58,513 nucleotides of DNA from NCBI GenBank assembly GCA_003518105.1, contig DOZH01000006.1, positions 1 to 58,513 of the forward strand. The letters run 5' to 3'. Under the pieces are notes generated by a model that was not told the origin of the DNA, did not search any database, and saw only the letters and a list, made by a program, of their open reading frames with translations. A program made the translations under genes and the position numbers. How positions within the stretch are numbered: position 1 is the first letter of the stretch; every line of letters starts with the position of its first letter. Origin of the DNA: Candidatus Uhrbacteria bacterium. GTDB lineage: Bacteria; Patescibacteriota; Patescibacteriia; UBA9934. Below are positions 10,294-19,948 of this stretch, piece by piece.

Positions 10294-10381
10294 CATAAAA
10301 AGAAAAGTCCTGCACACTCCCCCGAAGGGCAGGCACAGGTGACTTTCTTATATAATAAACTGATAAATGGAGCCGTGTCAA
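10294..10381 (-). promoter_or_regulatory. promoter plus terminator-like leader hairpin before the NYN gene
   Basis: TTGACA-18 bp-TATTAT, then an AAGAAAGTC...GACTTTTCTT stem with a cUUCGg loop and a U-tract. Confidence 0.55.
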
Positions 10382-10437
10382 GCGGCTAGTCCTGAGTTCA
10401 AACTTGGCTGGTGTTAGGTTTGGACTGGTTGATGAGG

Positions 10438-10466
10438 TTGACTTTTTGAGGTTTTACGGCTAGTAT
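10438..10466 (+). promoter_or_regulatory. sigma70-type promoter
   Basis: TTGACT-17 bp-TAGTAT. Confidence 0.65.
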
Positions 10467-10510
10467 GGCGGGTCGCTGGCAACCGCCGCGATGCAACCAC
10501 AGGAGTCTAC

Positions 10511-10948
10511 ATGTCTGATTTGAAGACGCCGAAGCAATACCTCGAAGAACTGATCGCTGCCATCGCCGAGTGGCAGCACAGATCCATGACGGAAGCGAAG
10601 TTCGCCAGCCAGAACAATCTGCGACAACAGTTTGTCTTCGCCCTCAGGGACGGCGAGTGTCAAGTTGCTAGGTGTGACGGCGAGAAAGTGTTCGCCAAGC
10701 AAGACAGACGCTACCAGAAGATCGACTATCTGTGTCGGCGGCACGGCATTCTCGGCTTCTTGCAGGCCGCCGAAGACCAACAGCGAGCCGATCCACGCAA
10801 CGCGCCGGAACCGGTGAAGGTCAACCGTGTATACCTGCATAGTGCGATGAAACAGTTCCAGCAAGCTCTCGAGCTCAGTGGCGCGGCCAAAGATCCGCAA
10901 GTCGAGGATCTACACAACCAACTCATGATGCGCCTGCTCGCGCTCTAG
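10511..10948 (+). CDS. hypothetical protein (145 aa)
   Basis: ORF with AGGAG Shine-Dalgarno and own promoter. Confidence 0.75.
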   Translation: MSDLKTPKQYLEELIAAIAEWQHRSMTEAKFASQNNLRQQFVFALRDGECQVARCDGEKVFAKQDRRYQKIDYLCRRHGILGFLQAAEDQQRADPRNAPEPVKVNRVYLHSAMKQFQQALELSGAAKDPQVEDLHNQLMMRLLAL

Positions 10949-10973
10949 TGAAAATCGGAACTCACCGCCACCT

Positions 10974-11044
10974 ACTCGGCCCCGTGCTGAGCGACAAACT
11001 CCCCTGGGGACGCTGTCGTTCTCAGTGCGGGGTTTGTTGTTTTA
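10974..11044 (+). repeat. 70-bp structured 3' element, copy 2
   Basis: Near-identical to 9547-9618. Confidence 0.85.
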
Positions 11045-11074
11045 ATTGGTGCAATATTGGGAATCGACCGCGCA

Positions 11075-12034
11075 TCAACGGCGACTTGGCCCTGATGGAC
11101 GAAACTCGCTTTCGATTTCACGCCGCTTCCCTTCTGCTATTTCAGCCCTGAGCTCCTTGAGTTTCTCGTCCCATATTTCGCGTCCATACTCATAAATACC
11201 AGACTCGCCGAGTGCGTTTCCGTATTCTTCCCCTGTAATACCGATATCACTATATAAATTCGTCCCGCCTGACTTAAACTCTTGCGCTACTCGGGCATTA
11301 ATCCAGCCTTCTTTATCCTGCGCCAGCGGTTCCGCAAGCGCGGATTGCAAAACATACTCTTTTTGCTCATCAAGAGCATCGCTGTGTAAGGTTTCTAGCG
11401 CGCTATCCATTCTGCCGATTGCAATTTCTATTTTGGACATCTCATCATCAGCAAAGGTGAAATATGCTGACATGAGATACGAAAAATCGCGTTCTTCAGC
11501 GTATGTATCGAAAGCTGCTTTATTATTCTCTTGCGTATATTCCGGTCCACGAACAAAGGCCCGAACTTTTCCGTCATGTGCACCAAATGGGTGTGCACCT
11601 TCATGCATTATTACTTCCATTGGCCAGCCTCCGTCTGCGCGGATGGCAATATAAGATGGTTGAAAAATTGCTGGATGATAGATTCCTCCGAGTTTCGACC
11701 CATCGGTTCCCGCGAATTTCCAGCCATCATCAGGATCAAGCGCAAAAATGTTTCCTTCACTCTTTTTTTGTAAGACTAAATCAAAGGTTGCTTGTACATC
11801 GGCGACAAAATGATCTGCTCCTTTCTTGTTTCCGCCAAAGGCAAATTTTTCGTCTGCTGATTTTCCAAGACTCTCTACAAAAGGAAGGGATGCTTCAATC
11901 TGGCTCAAACGATCATCGAACACAATTTCTTCTGCTTCTGTTAGGTCGCGAATTGGGATGCCCTGGCAGGCGGCGGAACAAAGAGCCATACCTACCGCTA
12001 ATGCTTGATGGGAATGTGTAGTCATAATACACAC
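11075..12034 (-). CDS. hypothetical protein with an HExxH motif (possible zinc metallopeptidase)
   Basis: 319-aa ORF containing VIMHEGAHPF; start uncertain. Confidence 0.6.
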   Translation of the reverse strand: MCIMTTHSHQALAVGMALCSAACQGIPIRDLTEAEEIVFDDRLSQIEASLPFVESLGKSADEKFAFGGNKKGADHFVADVQATFDLVLQKKSEGNIFALDPDDGWKFAGTDGSKLGGIYHPAIFQPSYIAIRADGGWPMEVIMHEGAHPFGAHDGKVRAFVRGPEYTQENNKAAFDTYAEERDFSYLMSAYFTFADDEMSKIEIAIGRMDSALETLHSDALDEQKEYVLQSALAEPLAQDKEGWINARVAQEFKSGGTNLYSDIGITGEEYGNALGESGIYEYGREIWDEKLKELRAEIAEGKRREIESEFRPSGPSRR

Positions 12035-12109
12035 CAGTGTAGCAGACCTCGGGTGGCATTAGTAGGGATTTGTAACTACACTAAAAAAACAGCCCGGAGG
12101 CTGTTCTTT

Positions 12110-12186
12110 TGGTAGCTGGGGCGGGAATCGAACCCGCGACCTAAGGCTTATGAGTCCTTCGCTCTAACCGACTGAGCTACCCAGCT
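12110..12186 (-). tRNA. tRNA with CAT anticodon (elongator Met or Ile2)
   Basis: AGCTGGG/CCCAGCT acceptor stem, CTCATAA loop, GGTTCGATTCC T-arm, encoded CCA. Confidence 0.9.
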
Positions 12187-12431
12187 ATGCTATGACTTCC
12201 TGAATTGGCCTATTTTGGGCTTGTTGCTACGCCGACTTTTTAACTCACGGCTCTAGTGAGTCTCAAAAGCTCGGCTTGCTCCGCACCCAAACTAGTCTCA
12301 ATTCAGAAAGTCCTAGCTGATAATCGTTAACGATTGCGGCGGTACTATAGCAAGAGCTAGGCTTTTTGACAAGGCTAGGGGTTGCCTAAATCGCCCCAGT
12401 TTGTTACTATTTTCCCGCGTTGAACTATCCG

Positions 12432-12517
12432 GCCGCGGTGGCGGAATGGTATACGCGACGGACTCAAAATCCGTTTCCCGTAAGGGATTGAGGGTTCGAG
12501 TCCCTCCCGCGGCACCA
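12432..12517 (+). tRNA. tRNA-Leu(CAA)
   Basis: GCCGCGG/CCGCGGC acceptor stem, ACGGA-CTCAAAA-TCCGT anticodon arm, long variable arm, encoded CCA. Confidence 0.95.
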
Positions 12518-12581
12518 ATAATCTCTAGCTCAGCTAGGGATTTTTGTTTGACCAATTTCTCTAAATACGCTATTATCCCGC

Positions 12582-12658
12582 TGCAGGGTAGAGCAGCCCG
12601 GCAGCTCGTCGGGCTCATAACCCGAAGGTCGTCGGTTCAAATCCGACCCCTGCAACCA
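12582..12658 (+). tRNA. initiator tRNA-fMet(CAT)
   Basis: TCGGG-CTCATAA-CCCGA with three consecutive G-C pairs, GGTTCAAATCC, encoded CCA. Confidence 0.93.
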
Positions 12659-12709
12659 AAAGTCCCCCGCCTAGGCGGAGGATTTTTGTTTATGCTATAA
12701 TTTAAGCAA

Positions 12710-12919
12710 ATGGTTGCGGTCCTCCTCGAAAGAGGTAAAAACGGTAATATGGTAAAAAAGATTAGAAATACAAAGAGTGATGCTTTGATAAGAACAATTG
12801 AGAGAGATTTAGGTTATCGACCTCGCTACAAGAATGACGCCGATTTGCATGCCAGTCTTATAAAAAGTGGCTTGCCGTCGCTATCAAAACTACTGAAAAT
12901 GATCAGGTTGGAAGCTTAG
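12710..12919 (+). CDS. small basic hypothetical protein
   Basis: ORF after TGcTATAAT; start may be the internal ATG (MVKKIRN). Confidence 0.45.
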   Translation: MVAVLLERGKNGNMVKKIRNTKSDALIRTIERDLGYRPRYKNDADLHASLIKSGLPSLSKLLKMIRLEA

Positions 12920-12923
12920 ACTC

Positions 12924-13463
12924 ATGGGAATACTTGATTTTGTTACTGATGATAAGCTCCGTAAAACTCTAGAAATTTCTCTGGAGTATATTTTTAGACT
13001 ACATAATCGATCAGTCGACGAGACAGAGAGTAGCTTTTATAAAGAGGAAACTTGTCGAGTGATCATTCTATACGTAATTTCTTTCATCGAAGCTATTCTG
13101 CTTTTCATTTATCGGACTAGAGGCGATAAAATGGAGAGATTTGAATACAAGTATATTCAGCACTTACCTAGCGAATACAAACATAAAGGAAGAATTAATC
13201 ACCCAGTAGTGATTGCTGTACAGGAAAAAATTGAGAGAAAAGATTACGAGATTGGTCTCAATGATCTGGTAAAATTCTTTGAAAACAAAAAGCTTTTACT
13301 CAGCGAAACGGCCACGAATATACTGTCATTGAACGATGTGAGAAATACTTTTCATTTTAGTAAGGCGCGCAATCAGGTTTGTGATATTGAGCGAGTGGAA
13401 GAAGCCTTGTCGTTGCTGGTTTATATTATTGATAAGGCACCACGAGCTCTGCGAAAAAATTAG
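12924..13463 (+). CDS. hypothetical protein, possibly HEPN-like
   Basis: AT-rich, predicted-helical ORF with a C-terminal NDVRNTFH motif. Confidence 0.6.
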   Translation: MGILDFVTDDKLRKTLEISLEYIFRLHNRSVDETESSFYKEETCRVIILYVISFIEAILLFIYRTRGDKMERFEYKYIQHLPSEYKHKGRINHPVVIAVQEKIERKDYEIGLNDLVKFFENKKLLLSETATNILSLNDVRNTFHFSKARNQVCDIERVEEALSLLVYIIDKAPRALRKN

Positions 13464-13951
13464 AACCAGGCGTTGGCGCCGGCTGTGATGAGGGTGACTA
13501 AACCGCCAGCCACGAGAGTGCCGAGGCCGATGGCGACGAAGGTTGTGCGGAACGGGATTTTGAGGGCGACAGCGACGAGGGCGGAAGACCAGAGGCCGGC
13601 AAGCGGCAGAGGAATGCTGGCAAGGAGGAAGAGAGCGATGGCACCGTAGCGTTCGTACTGTTTTTTAAGTTTGTGTTCACCGTGGACGAGGAGGCGGTCG
13701 ATGGGGGCAACAAGCTTGGGGAGGTGCTTGGCACAAAAGTCGCGCAACGCCTTGAGACCGAAGAAGATGGGAAAGAATGGGATCATGGTACCGAGCACGG
13801 CCAAGCCGTAAGCGTCCATCGGGCTAATGTTCCAGGAATGGATGGCGAGCGGAATAGTTAAGCGGAGCTCAGTCAGCGGGAGGCCGGAGAGCAACATGGT
13901 GGCTAGCCAATGTGGCCAAGAGTCAAAGAAGTTGATGATGAGGTCGACCAT
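13460..13951 (-). CDS. small multidrug-export-like membrane protein (COG2426 type)
   Basis: LPLTELRLTIP and IPLPLAGLWS motifs; hydrophobic segments. Confidence 0.8.
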   Translation of the reverse strand: MVDLIINFFDSWPHWLATMLLSGLPLTELRLTIPLAIHSWNISPMDAYGLAVLGTMIPFFPIFFGLKALRDFCAKHLPKLVAPIDRLLVHGEHKLKKQYERYGAIALFLLASIPLPLAGLWSSALVAVALKIPFRTTFVAIGLGTLVAGGLVTLITAGANAWF

Positions 13952-14013
13952 ATTTATTAATAGATTTGAACAAACATTACAACGAACGACCTGACCCCGT
14001 TATTTATCCCCAG

Positions 14014-14967
14014 TTACCAACTAAAAGTTTTGAAGGCCCAGGCGGCGAGGCCTTTGGCGTCCTTGAAACGGGCGGATTTGGACTCGGCGCCAAGGACGAC
14101 GACGCGCAAGGCATGACCATCGTGCTTGATGAGCGTGGCAAAGCAGTAGCCAGCTTCGGGAATGAAGCCAGTCTTCCCTGCTACCACTTGATAATCTCCG
14201 GTATTGAGGTAACTCGTCAAGAGCTCGTCCGTAGCGTCGATGTCGACCGAGTAACCGCTGGCCTGTGTGACCGAAACCTGACTCTTGGGCATGATTTGTG
14301 CCATGATGGTGTTAGCGGCGGCGGCTGATAAGATTTTAGTGAGGTCGCGGGCAGTGGAGACGTTACCCGCATCCACGCCGCTAACGTCGACGTAGTGAGT
14401 GGAGGTCATGCCGAGTTCTGCGGCTTTTTTGTTCATGGCGGTTAAGAAATCTTCGGGCGATAAGTTTGAGAAACGCGAGAGAGCTTTAGTGGCTGTATTA
14501 TCGGAGCCAACGAGGCTCGCTTTTAAGACGTCGCGCATGGTGACGGCGTCGTCAAAACGGAGGTAGACGCGTCCCCCGCCAACGTAATCGTCGCCGATAA
14601 TGCGCACGCTTTGATTGAGATTGGGGTTGGAGTCTAGGAAGACGAGGACGGTCATGAGCTTGGTAATACTGCCGATAGCACGAACGTCGTCGGGCTGCTC
14701 GGAGTAAAGAATGGCACCGCTCGCGTCGTCGACCACGATGGCGCTGGCGGCGGAGGTGACAATACCGTAAGAATCGAGATCTATTTTAGTAGGTGGGGTG
14801 ATGCGGTCCGCGGCGACAGGCAAAGTAGCGAACCAGGAGGTGGCGAAATTTATGGGCGCTGGACCAGTAGAATCTGTGGCCTGCCAAGCTAAAACTGACC
14901 CGTCAACGGGAAAGAGTTGTACGAGGCTCGAGGCTAGTAGAAGTTGAGCGATGATGTTGGGGATCAT
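14014..14967 (-). CDS. D-Ala-D-Ala carboxypeptidase/endopeptidase (peptidase S11)
   Basis: SITK (SxxK), SDN (SxN) and KTG motifs. Confidence 0.9.
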   Translation of the reverse strand: MIPNIIAQLLLASSLVQLFPVDGSVLAWQATDSTGPAPINFATSWFATLPVAADRITPPTKIDLDSYGIVTSAASAIVVDDASGAILYSEQPDDVRAIGSITKLMTVLVFLDSNPNLNQSVRIIGDDYVGGGRVYLRFDDAVTMRDVLKASLVGSDNTATKALSRFSNLSPEDFLTAMNKKAAELGMTSTHYVDVSGVDAGNVSTARDLTKILSAAAANTIMAQIMPKSQVSVTQASGYSVDIDATDELLTSYLNTGDYQVVAGKTGFIPEAGYCFATLIKHDGHALRVVVLGAESKSARFKDAKGLAAWAFKTFSW

Positions 14968-14981
14968 ATGTAGAGTTTACG

Positions 14982-15062
14982 AGTTGGTAGTTAGTAGTTT
15001 GTAGTTGGTAGCTTCCGTAATCAGTGAGCCAACTACCGACTACCTACTACAAACTACCAACT
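14982..15062. repeat. inverted pair of ACTAC(N)N heptamer arrays
   Basis: 14982-15011 reads (GTAGTTN)n and 15029-15062 reads (AACTACN)n. Confidence 0.8.
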
Positions 15063-15616
15063 GCTAAGCTACTGAGCAACGCATCAATTTTAGCGTTGAC
15101 GTGGAGGGTGGCGTAGTCGGGTAGTTCCGATACTTCGTGGACGCCGAAGAAGCGGAGGGCGTCGGTCGAGAGACGATAGGTGGGTTGCATTTTGACGACG
15201 TCGTCGCGTTCGTCGACCAGGCCACGGAGCTGCAGGTTGCGCAGGATGAGGGAGCAGTTAACGCCGCGAATGGCTTCGATTTCTGGTTTGGTGAGGGGGC
15301 CACGGTAAGCGACGATGGTGAGGGTTTCGAGGGAGGGGCGGGTCAGTTCCGTGTCGAGCTCGACGTTCGTAGCTTTGGCGACGAGATCCGCGTGCTCAGG
15401 ATTTGTAACTAGCTGCACGAGGTCGTCGCTGATGAGGAGATGAATGCCTGAGGTCGATGAGTTGCGAGACCCAGCTAGAGACTCGACGGCAATGCGAACT
15501 TCGGCCTCAGTGACGCCGATAAGTTTGGCAAGCTGCTTAAGCGCCAGTGGCTTCGTCAGCACGAAGAGCAAGCTTTCGATTTGGCCGATGAGAATTTCTT
15601 GATCCATATTAGTCAA
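15047..15616 (-). CDS. scpB: SMC-Scp complex subunit ScpB
   Basis: IESLLFV, LETLTIVAYRGPLTKPEIEAIRGVNC, FFGVHEVSELP. Confidence 0.93.
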   Translation of the reverse strand: MTNMDQEILIGQIESLLFVLTKPLALKQLAKLIGVTEAEVRIAVESLAGSRNSSTSGIHLLISDDLVQLVTNPEHADLVAKATNVELDTELTRPSLETLTIVAYRGPLTKPEIEAIRGVNCSLILRNLQLRGLVDERDDVVKMQPTYRLSTDALRFFGVHEVSELPDYATLHVNAKIDALLSSLAVGSL

Positions 15617-16325
15617 TGCGGTGAATCATGATGTCGCCCCAAGTGTTCTGTTGCGATGCGCGGATGATGTTGCGACGTAGAAGCTCGAGAAGAGCAAGGA
15701 AGCTCATGACGACGTCGATCTTCTTTTGCGCGCCGGCCGTGACAGTCGAGAAGCTCATGCTAGCGTTTAAGGCGATGGCCTCGCGCATTTCTTCGATACG
15801 TTCTTCTACGGATTTGACACGTTCGAGCGAGACAGCGGTTAAGGCGAAGAAGGGTTCCAGGCGTTTTTGCACGTCGCGATAGGCTTGGGCCAATTCGCTA
15901 GCCGTCGGTGGCCTCCCGCCGAAATTAAAGCCCCCTCTAGCTCCCCCATAGCTGGGGGAGGATTTAACGTACGGTCGCGGGAACAGGAGGTGGGCACCGT
16001 AACGTTCCTCGAGTCGCTCAGCGGCGTCCACGAATTCGCGGTAAATGCGGAGTTGCTCGGCTAAGACGTCGGAGGCGATGTCCTCGTCGACGAGGCGCAG
16101 GAATGGGAGTAGTTCGCGGCTCTTGAGATAGATGAGGCGGGAGGCGACCAGCAGGAAGTCTGCCAGGCCGTCGGCAGGAACGTGAGTTTCCTGTAAGTAC
16201 AGCAAAAAATCGTCAGCAACTTTGGCTAACGAAATTTTGGCGATCTCTAAGTCTTTCTTCTCGATAAGTTCGAGGAGGAGTTCTAGAGGACCGGCGAATT
16301 CTTCGTTTTTGACAGCGAAATCCAT
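15609..16325 (-). CDS. scpA: segregation/condensation protein ScpA
   Basis: FAGPLELLLELI, LIYLKSRELLP, SFLALLELLR; start placed at ATG 16325. Confidence 0.92.
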   Translation of the reverse strand: MDFAVKNEEFAGPLELLLELIEKKDLEIAKISLAKVADDFLLYLQETHVPADGLADFLLVASRLIYLKSRELLPFLRLVDEDIASDVLAEQLRIYREFVDAAERLEERYGAHLLFPRPYVKSSPSYGGARGGFNFGGRPPTASELAQAYRDVQKRLEPFFALTAVSLERVKSVEERIEEMREAIALNASMSFSTVTAGAQKKIDVVMSFLALLELLRRNIIRASQQNTWGDIMIHRID

Positions 16326-16342
16326 GACGGCAGTATAGCATC

Positions 16343-16351
16343 TGTGGATAA
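16343..16351 (-). promoter_or_regulatory. perfect DnaA box upstream of scpA
   Basis: TTATCCACA on the minus strand next to a TGcTATACT extended -10. Confidence 0.5.
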
Positions 16352-16376
16352 AGGTGAATACGTTGAGCGTCTTCAC

Positions 16377-17687
16377 CTACGGTCTCAGTCTCTGTACATC
16401 TCGAGGAAAAATCGTGGCTTCTTTGACGTTCGCGAGGCCCAGGATGTTTTGGGTGAGGCGCTGGAGACCAATAGCAAAACCGCCTTCGGGTGGGATGCCG
16501 TACTTGTGCATGGTCAAATAGTCCTCAAAGTCGGCTGGGTTCAAGCCCTTCTCCACAATGCGGGCGAGCTGCTCGTCGTAGCGGTTAATGCGCATGCCGC
16601 CGGAAGTGATTTCACTCCCCCAACCGATGACGTCGAAAGTGAGGGTGTTGTTCGGGTCGGCCGGATCCACCTTGGCGTAGAACGGGCGCTTGCCTGGCGT
16701 CCAGTCGGTGACGAAGACAAAGCCGCAGTTGTGGTGCTTGGGTGCCCATTCTTTAGAGAGCCAACGCTCGGCGGCTGGTGAGAGATCTGGCTCCCCTGTT
16801 TCGTCGACTCCCCCTTCGTCGCGGTAGGCAGCGAGGGCGTCGGCTAGCTTGATGCGGGGGAAACGCTCGCCAAGTGGCGGGAGAACGGTTTCGAGGAGCT
16901 TGAGCTCGACGGCGCAATCACTCTGCACAGTAGCGACCATCTGGCGAATGGCAGCTTCTTCGATGTCCATCAACTCCTCGATGTTGTCGATAAAGCCAGC
17001 TTCAAACTCGAGCTGATTGAACTCGGTTAAGTGACGTGAGGTGGCGAACTTTTCGGCTCTAAACGAATAACTGAGACCGTAAACGCCTTCGTAGACGCCC
17101 ATGGTGATTTGCTTGTAGAGCTGGGCCGACTGGGTGAGTGTGGCTTCACGGCCGTAATAGTCGACCTTAAAGAACTCGGCGCCGCCTTCGCTAGCCGCAC
17201 CAGCCAGCACAGGGAAGAAAATTTCCGTGTAGCCTTGTGCTTCCATGAAAGCGCGATAACCGTGGACCAAAGCGGCCTGCACGCGGAAGATGGCGCGCTG
17301 CTTGGGGTGGCGGAGGGTGACCACGCGGTTGTCGAGTAAGGTATCTAGATTGACATCGAGCACTGGCTTGCCGATTTCTACTGGCACAACGTCGACGACA
17401 GGTGAGAGGACTTCGAGAGTCTCGACTTGCATTTCGACCTCCTTAACCAATGGGTCTTTGGACTTCTTTTCCACGATGAGGCCAGTGACGGCTACAACAG
17501 TCTCAACCTGTAAACCGTGGAGTTGCGTGAGCTGTTCGGCGTTAAGCACGGTTTGCGCGAGGCCAGAGCGATCGCGGATGATGGCAAAACCGAACTTGCT
17601 CATATCGCGGAGAGTGTTGAGCCAGCCTTTGATGGTGACGACTTCACCGAGTTTTGAGGGGAGGTCTTTGACGAGAGTTCTGGACAT
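16377..17687 (-). CDS. aspS: aspartyl-tRNA synthetase, short archaeal-like (probably non-discriminating) type
   Basis: OB fold, LTQSAQLYKQ, FRAEKFATSRHLTEF, EITSGGMR, PPEGGFAIGLQR. Confidence 0.88.
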   Translation of the reverse strand: MSRTLVKDLPSKLGEVVTIKGWLNTLRDMSKFGFAIIRDRSGLAQTVLNAEQLTQLHGLQVETVVAVTGLIVEKKSKDPLVKEVEMQVETLEVLSPVVDVVPVEIGKPVLDVNLDTLLDNRVVTLRHPKQRAIFRVQAALVHGYRAFMEAQGYTEIFFPVLAGAASEGGAEFFKVDYYGREATLTQSAQLYKQITMGVYEGVYGLSYSFRAEKFATSRHLTEFNQLEFEAGFIDNIEELMDIEEAAIRQMVATVQSDCAVELKLLETVLPPLGERFPRIKLADALAAYRDEGGVDETGEPDLSPAAERWLSKEWAPKHHNCGFVFVTDWTPGKRPFYAKVDPADPNNTLTFDVIGWGSEITSGGMRINRYDEQLARIVEKGLNPADFEDYLTMHKYGIPPEGGFAIGLQRLTQNILGLANVKEATIFPRDVQRLRP

Positions 17688-17743
17688 ATATTAGAAGTTA
17701 GTAGTTTGTAGTCGGTAGTTGGTAGTGGCGCCGTGAATAATAT

Positions 17744-19048
<1,305 letters not shown>

Positions 19049-19100
19049 AAATAATATTGACTTTTTAAGGTTTTATTGTTATGATGATCACATCACGAGG

Positions 19101-19142
19101 AAAAGAGTTCCTGAAGGGTTTCGTCCCGCTAGGAGCTCTTTT
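19101..19142 (-). terminator. hairpin overlapping the NYN stop codon
   Basis: AAAAGAGCTCCT...GGG-ACGAAA-CCC...AGGAACTCTTTT. Confidence 0.55.
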
Positions 19143-19662
19143 CATTTGTATGGTCATTTGTATGGTCATTTTTAGCGATTTTACTCTTAAGATCGTTCAT
19201 AAAGTGAAAGATGTTGTTTTCTGGTGGACAAAGTGTTTTCAAGAGAACGGAATGCTTTTGACGATTAGGAATGAGAACTTTTTCAAGCTTATTCTGTCCC
19301 ATGAGGTACTCGACAAGGCACCTGAAATCGCCGTCCCCCGTCACTATAACTGCTTTCTCATAATTCGAAAGTTCGATCATACTGTGCAGAACCAGCTCGG
19401 CATCGACGTTTCCTTTTATCGTTCCATCCTTTAATATCAGTGTCGGTTTAAAAATGCAGATAAATCCTGCTCGTTGTAAGAAATGATAAAGCTGTTCATT
19501 ACCTGTTTTATAGCCAATGAAAATAAAGGCCTGTGTCACTGAATATTTATCCTGGAGATATCGACGGAATTTTCGCATGTCCAAAATCCAGCCTTGGCTC
19601 TTGACCCCAAGATGCACATTTTGTGCATCGATAAATGCAAAGTTGTTCGGTTTTGGAGTCAT
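19129..19662 (-). CDS. NYN-domain (PIN-like) ribonuclease
   Basis: AFIDAQNV, KGNVDAELV, VIVTGDGDFRCL. Confidence 0.9.
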   Translation of the reverse strand: MTPKPNNFAFIDAQNVHLGVKSQGWILDMRKFRRYLQDKYSVTQAFIFIGYKTGNEQLYHFLQRAGFICIFKPTLILKDGTIKGNVDAELVLHSMIELSNYEKAVIVTGDGDFRCLVEYLMGQNKLEKVLIPNRQKHSVLLKTLCPPENNIFHFMNDLKSKIAKNDHTNDHTNEKSS

Positions 19663-19676
19663 ATTTGTATTATTCC

Positions 19677-19753
19677 AACTGTCCGATTATTTCGGACAGT
19701 TCATTTCAACTGGTGACAAATTGTCACCAGTTGGTCACAGAACGTGACCAACT
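19677..19753. repeat. cluster of three perfect palindromes upstream of NYN
   Basis: AACTGTCCGA/TCGGACAGTT (10 bp), CAACTGGTGACAA/TTGTCACCAGTTG (13 bp), CAGTTGGTCAC/GTGACCAACTG (11 bp). Confidence 0.8.
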
Positions 19754-19948
19754 GAAAATAAAAATTCACCCGTACAGAACAACCATCGATGATGATTATC
19801 TTGTAAGGGCGAATCTTAGATAAGATCGCGGTGCCACCTCACTTTAGGCTTTTCAGCAGTTGTGCGCGCTGGTCGTTAAGCAGCGAGAGGTGTGTCAGGC
19901 CTGGTTAGACTATAGCTGAAGAGGAGGACGCTGACAAGCGGTCGCGCT

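Noticed and set aside
19101-19142. Hammerhead ribozyme (GGACGAAAC)
   Set aside because: The CUGAUGA core is absent.
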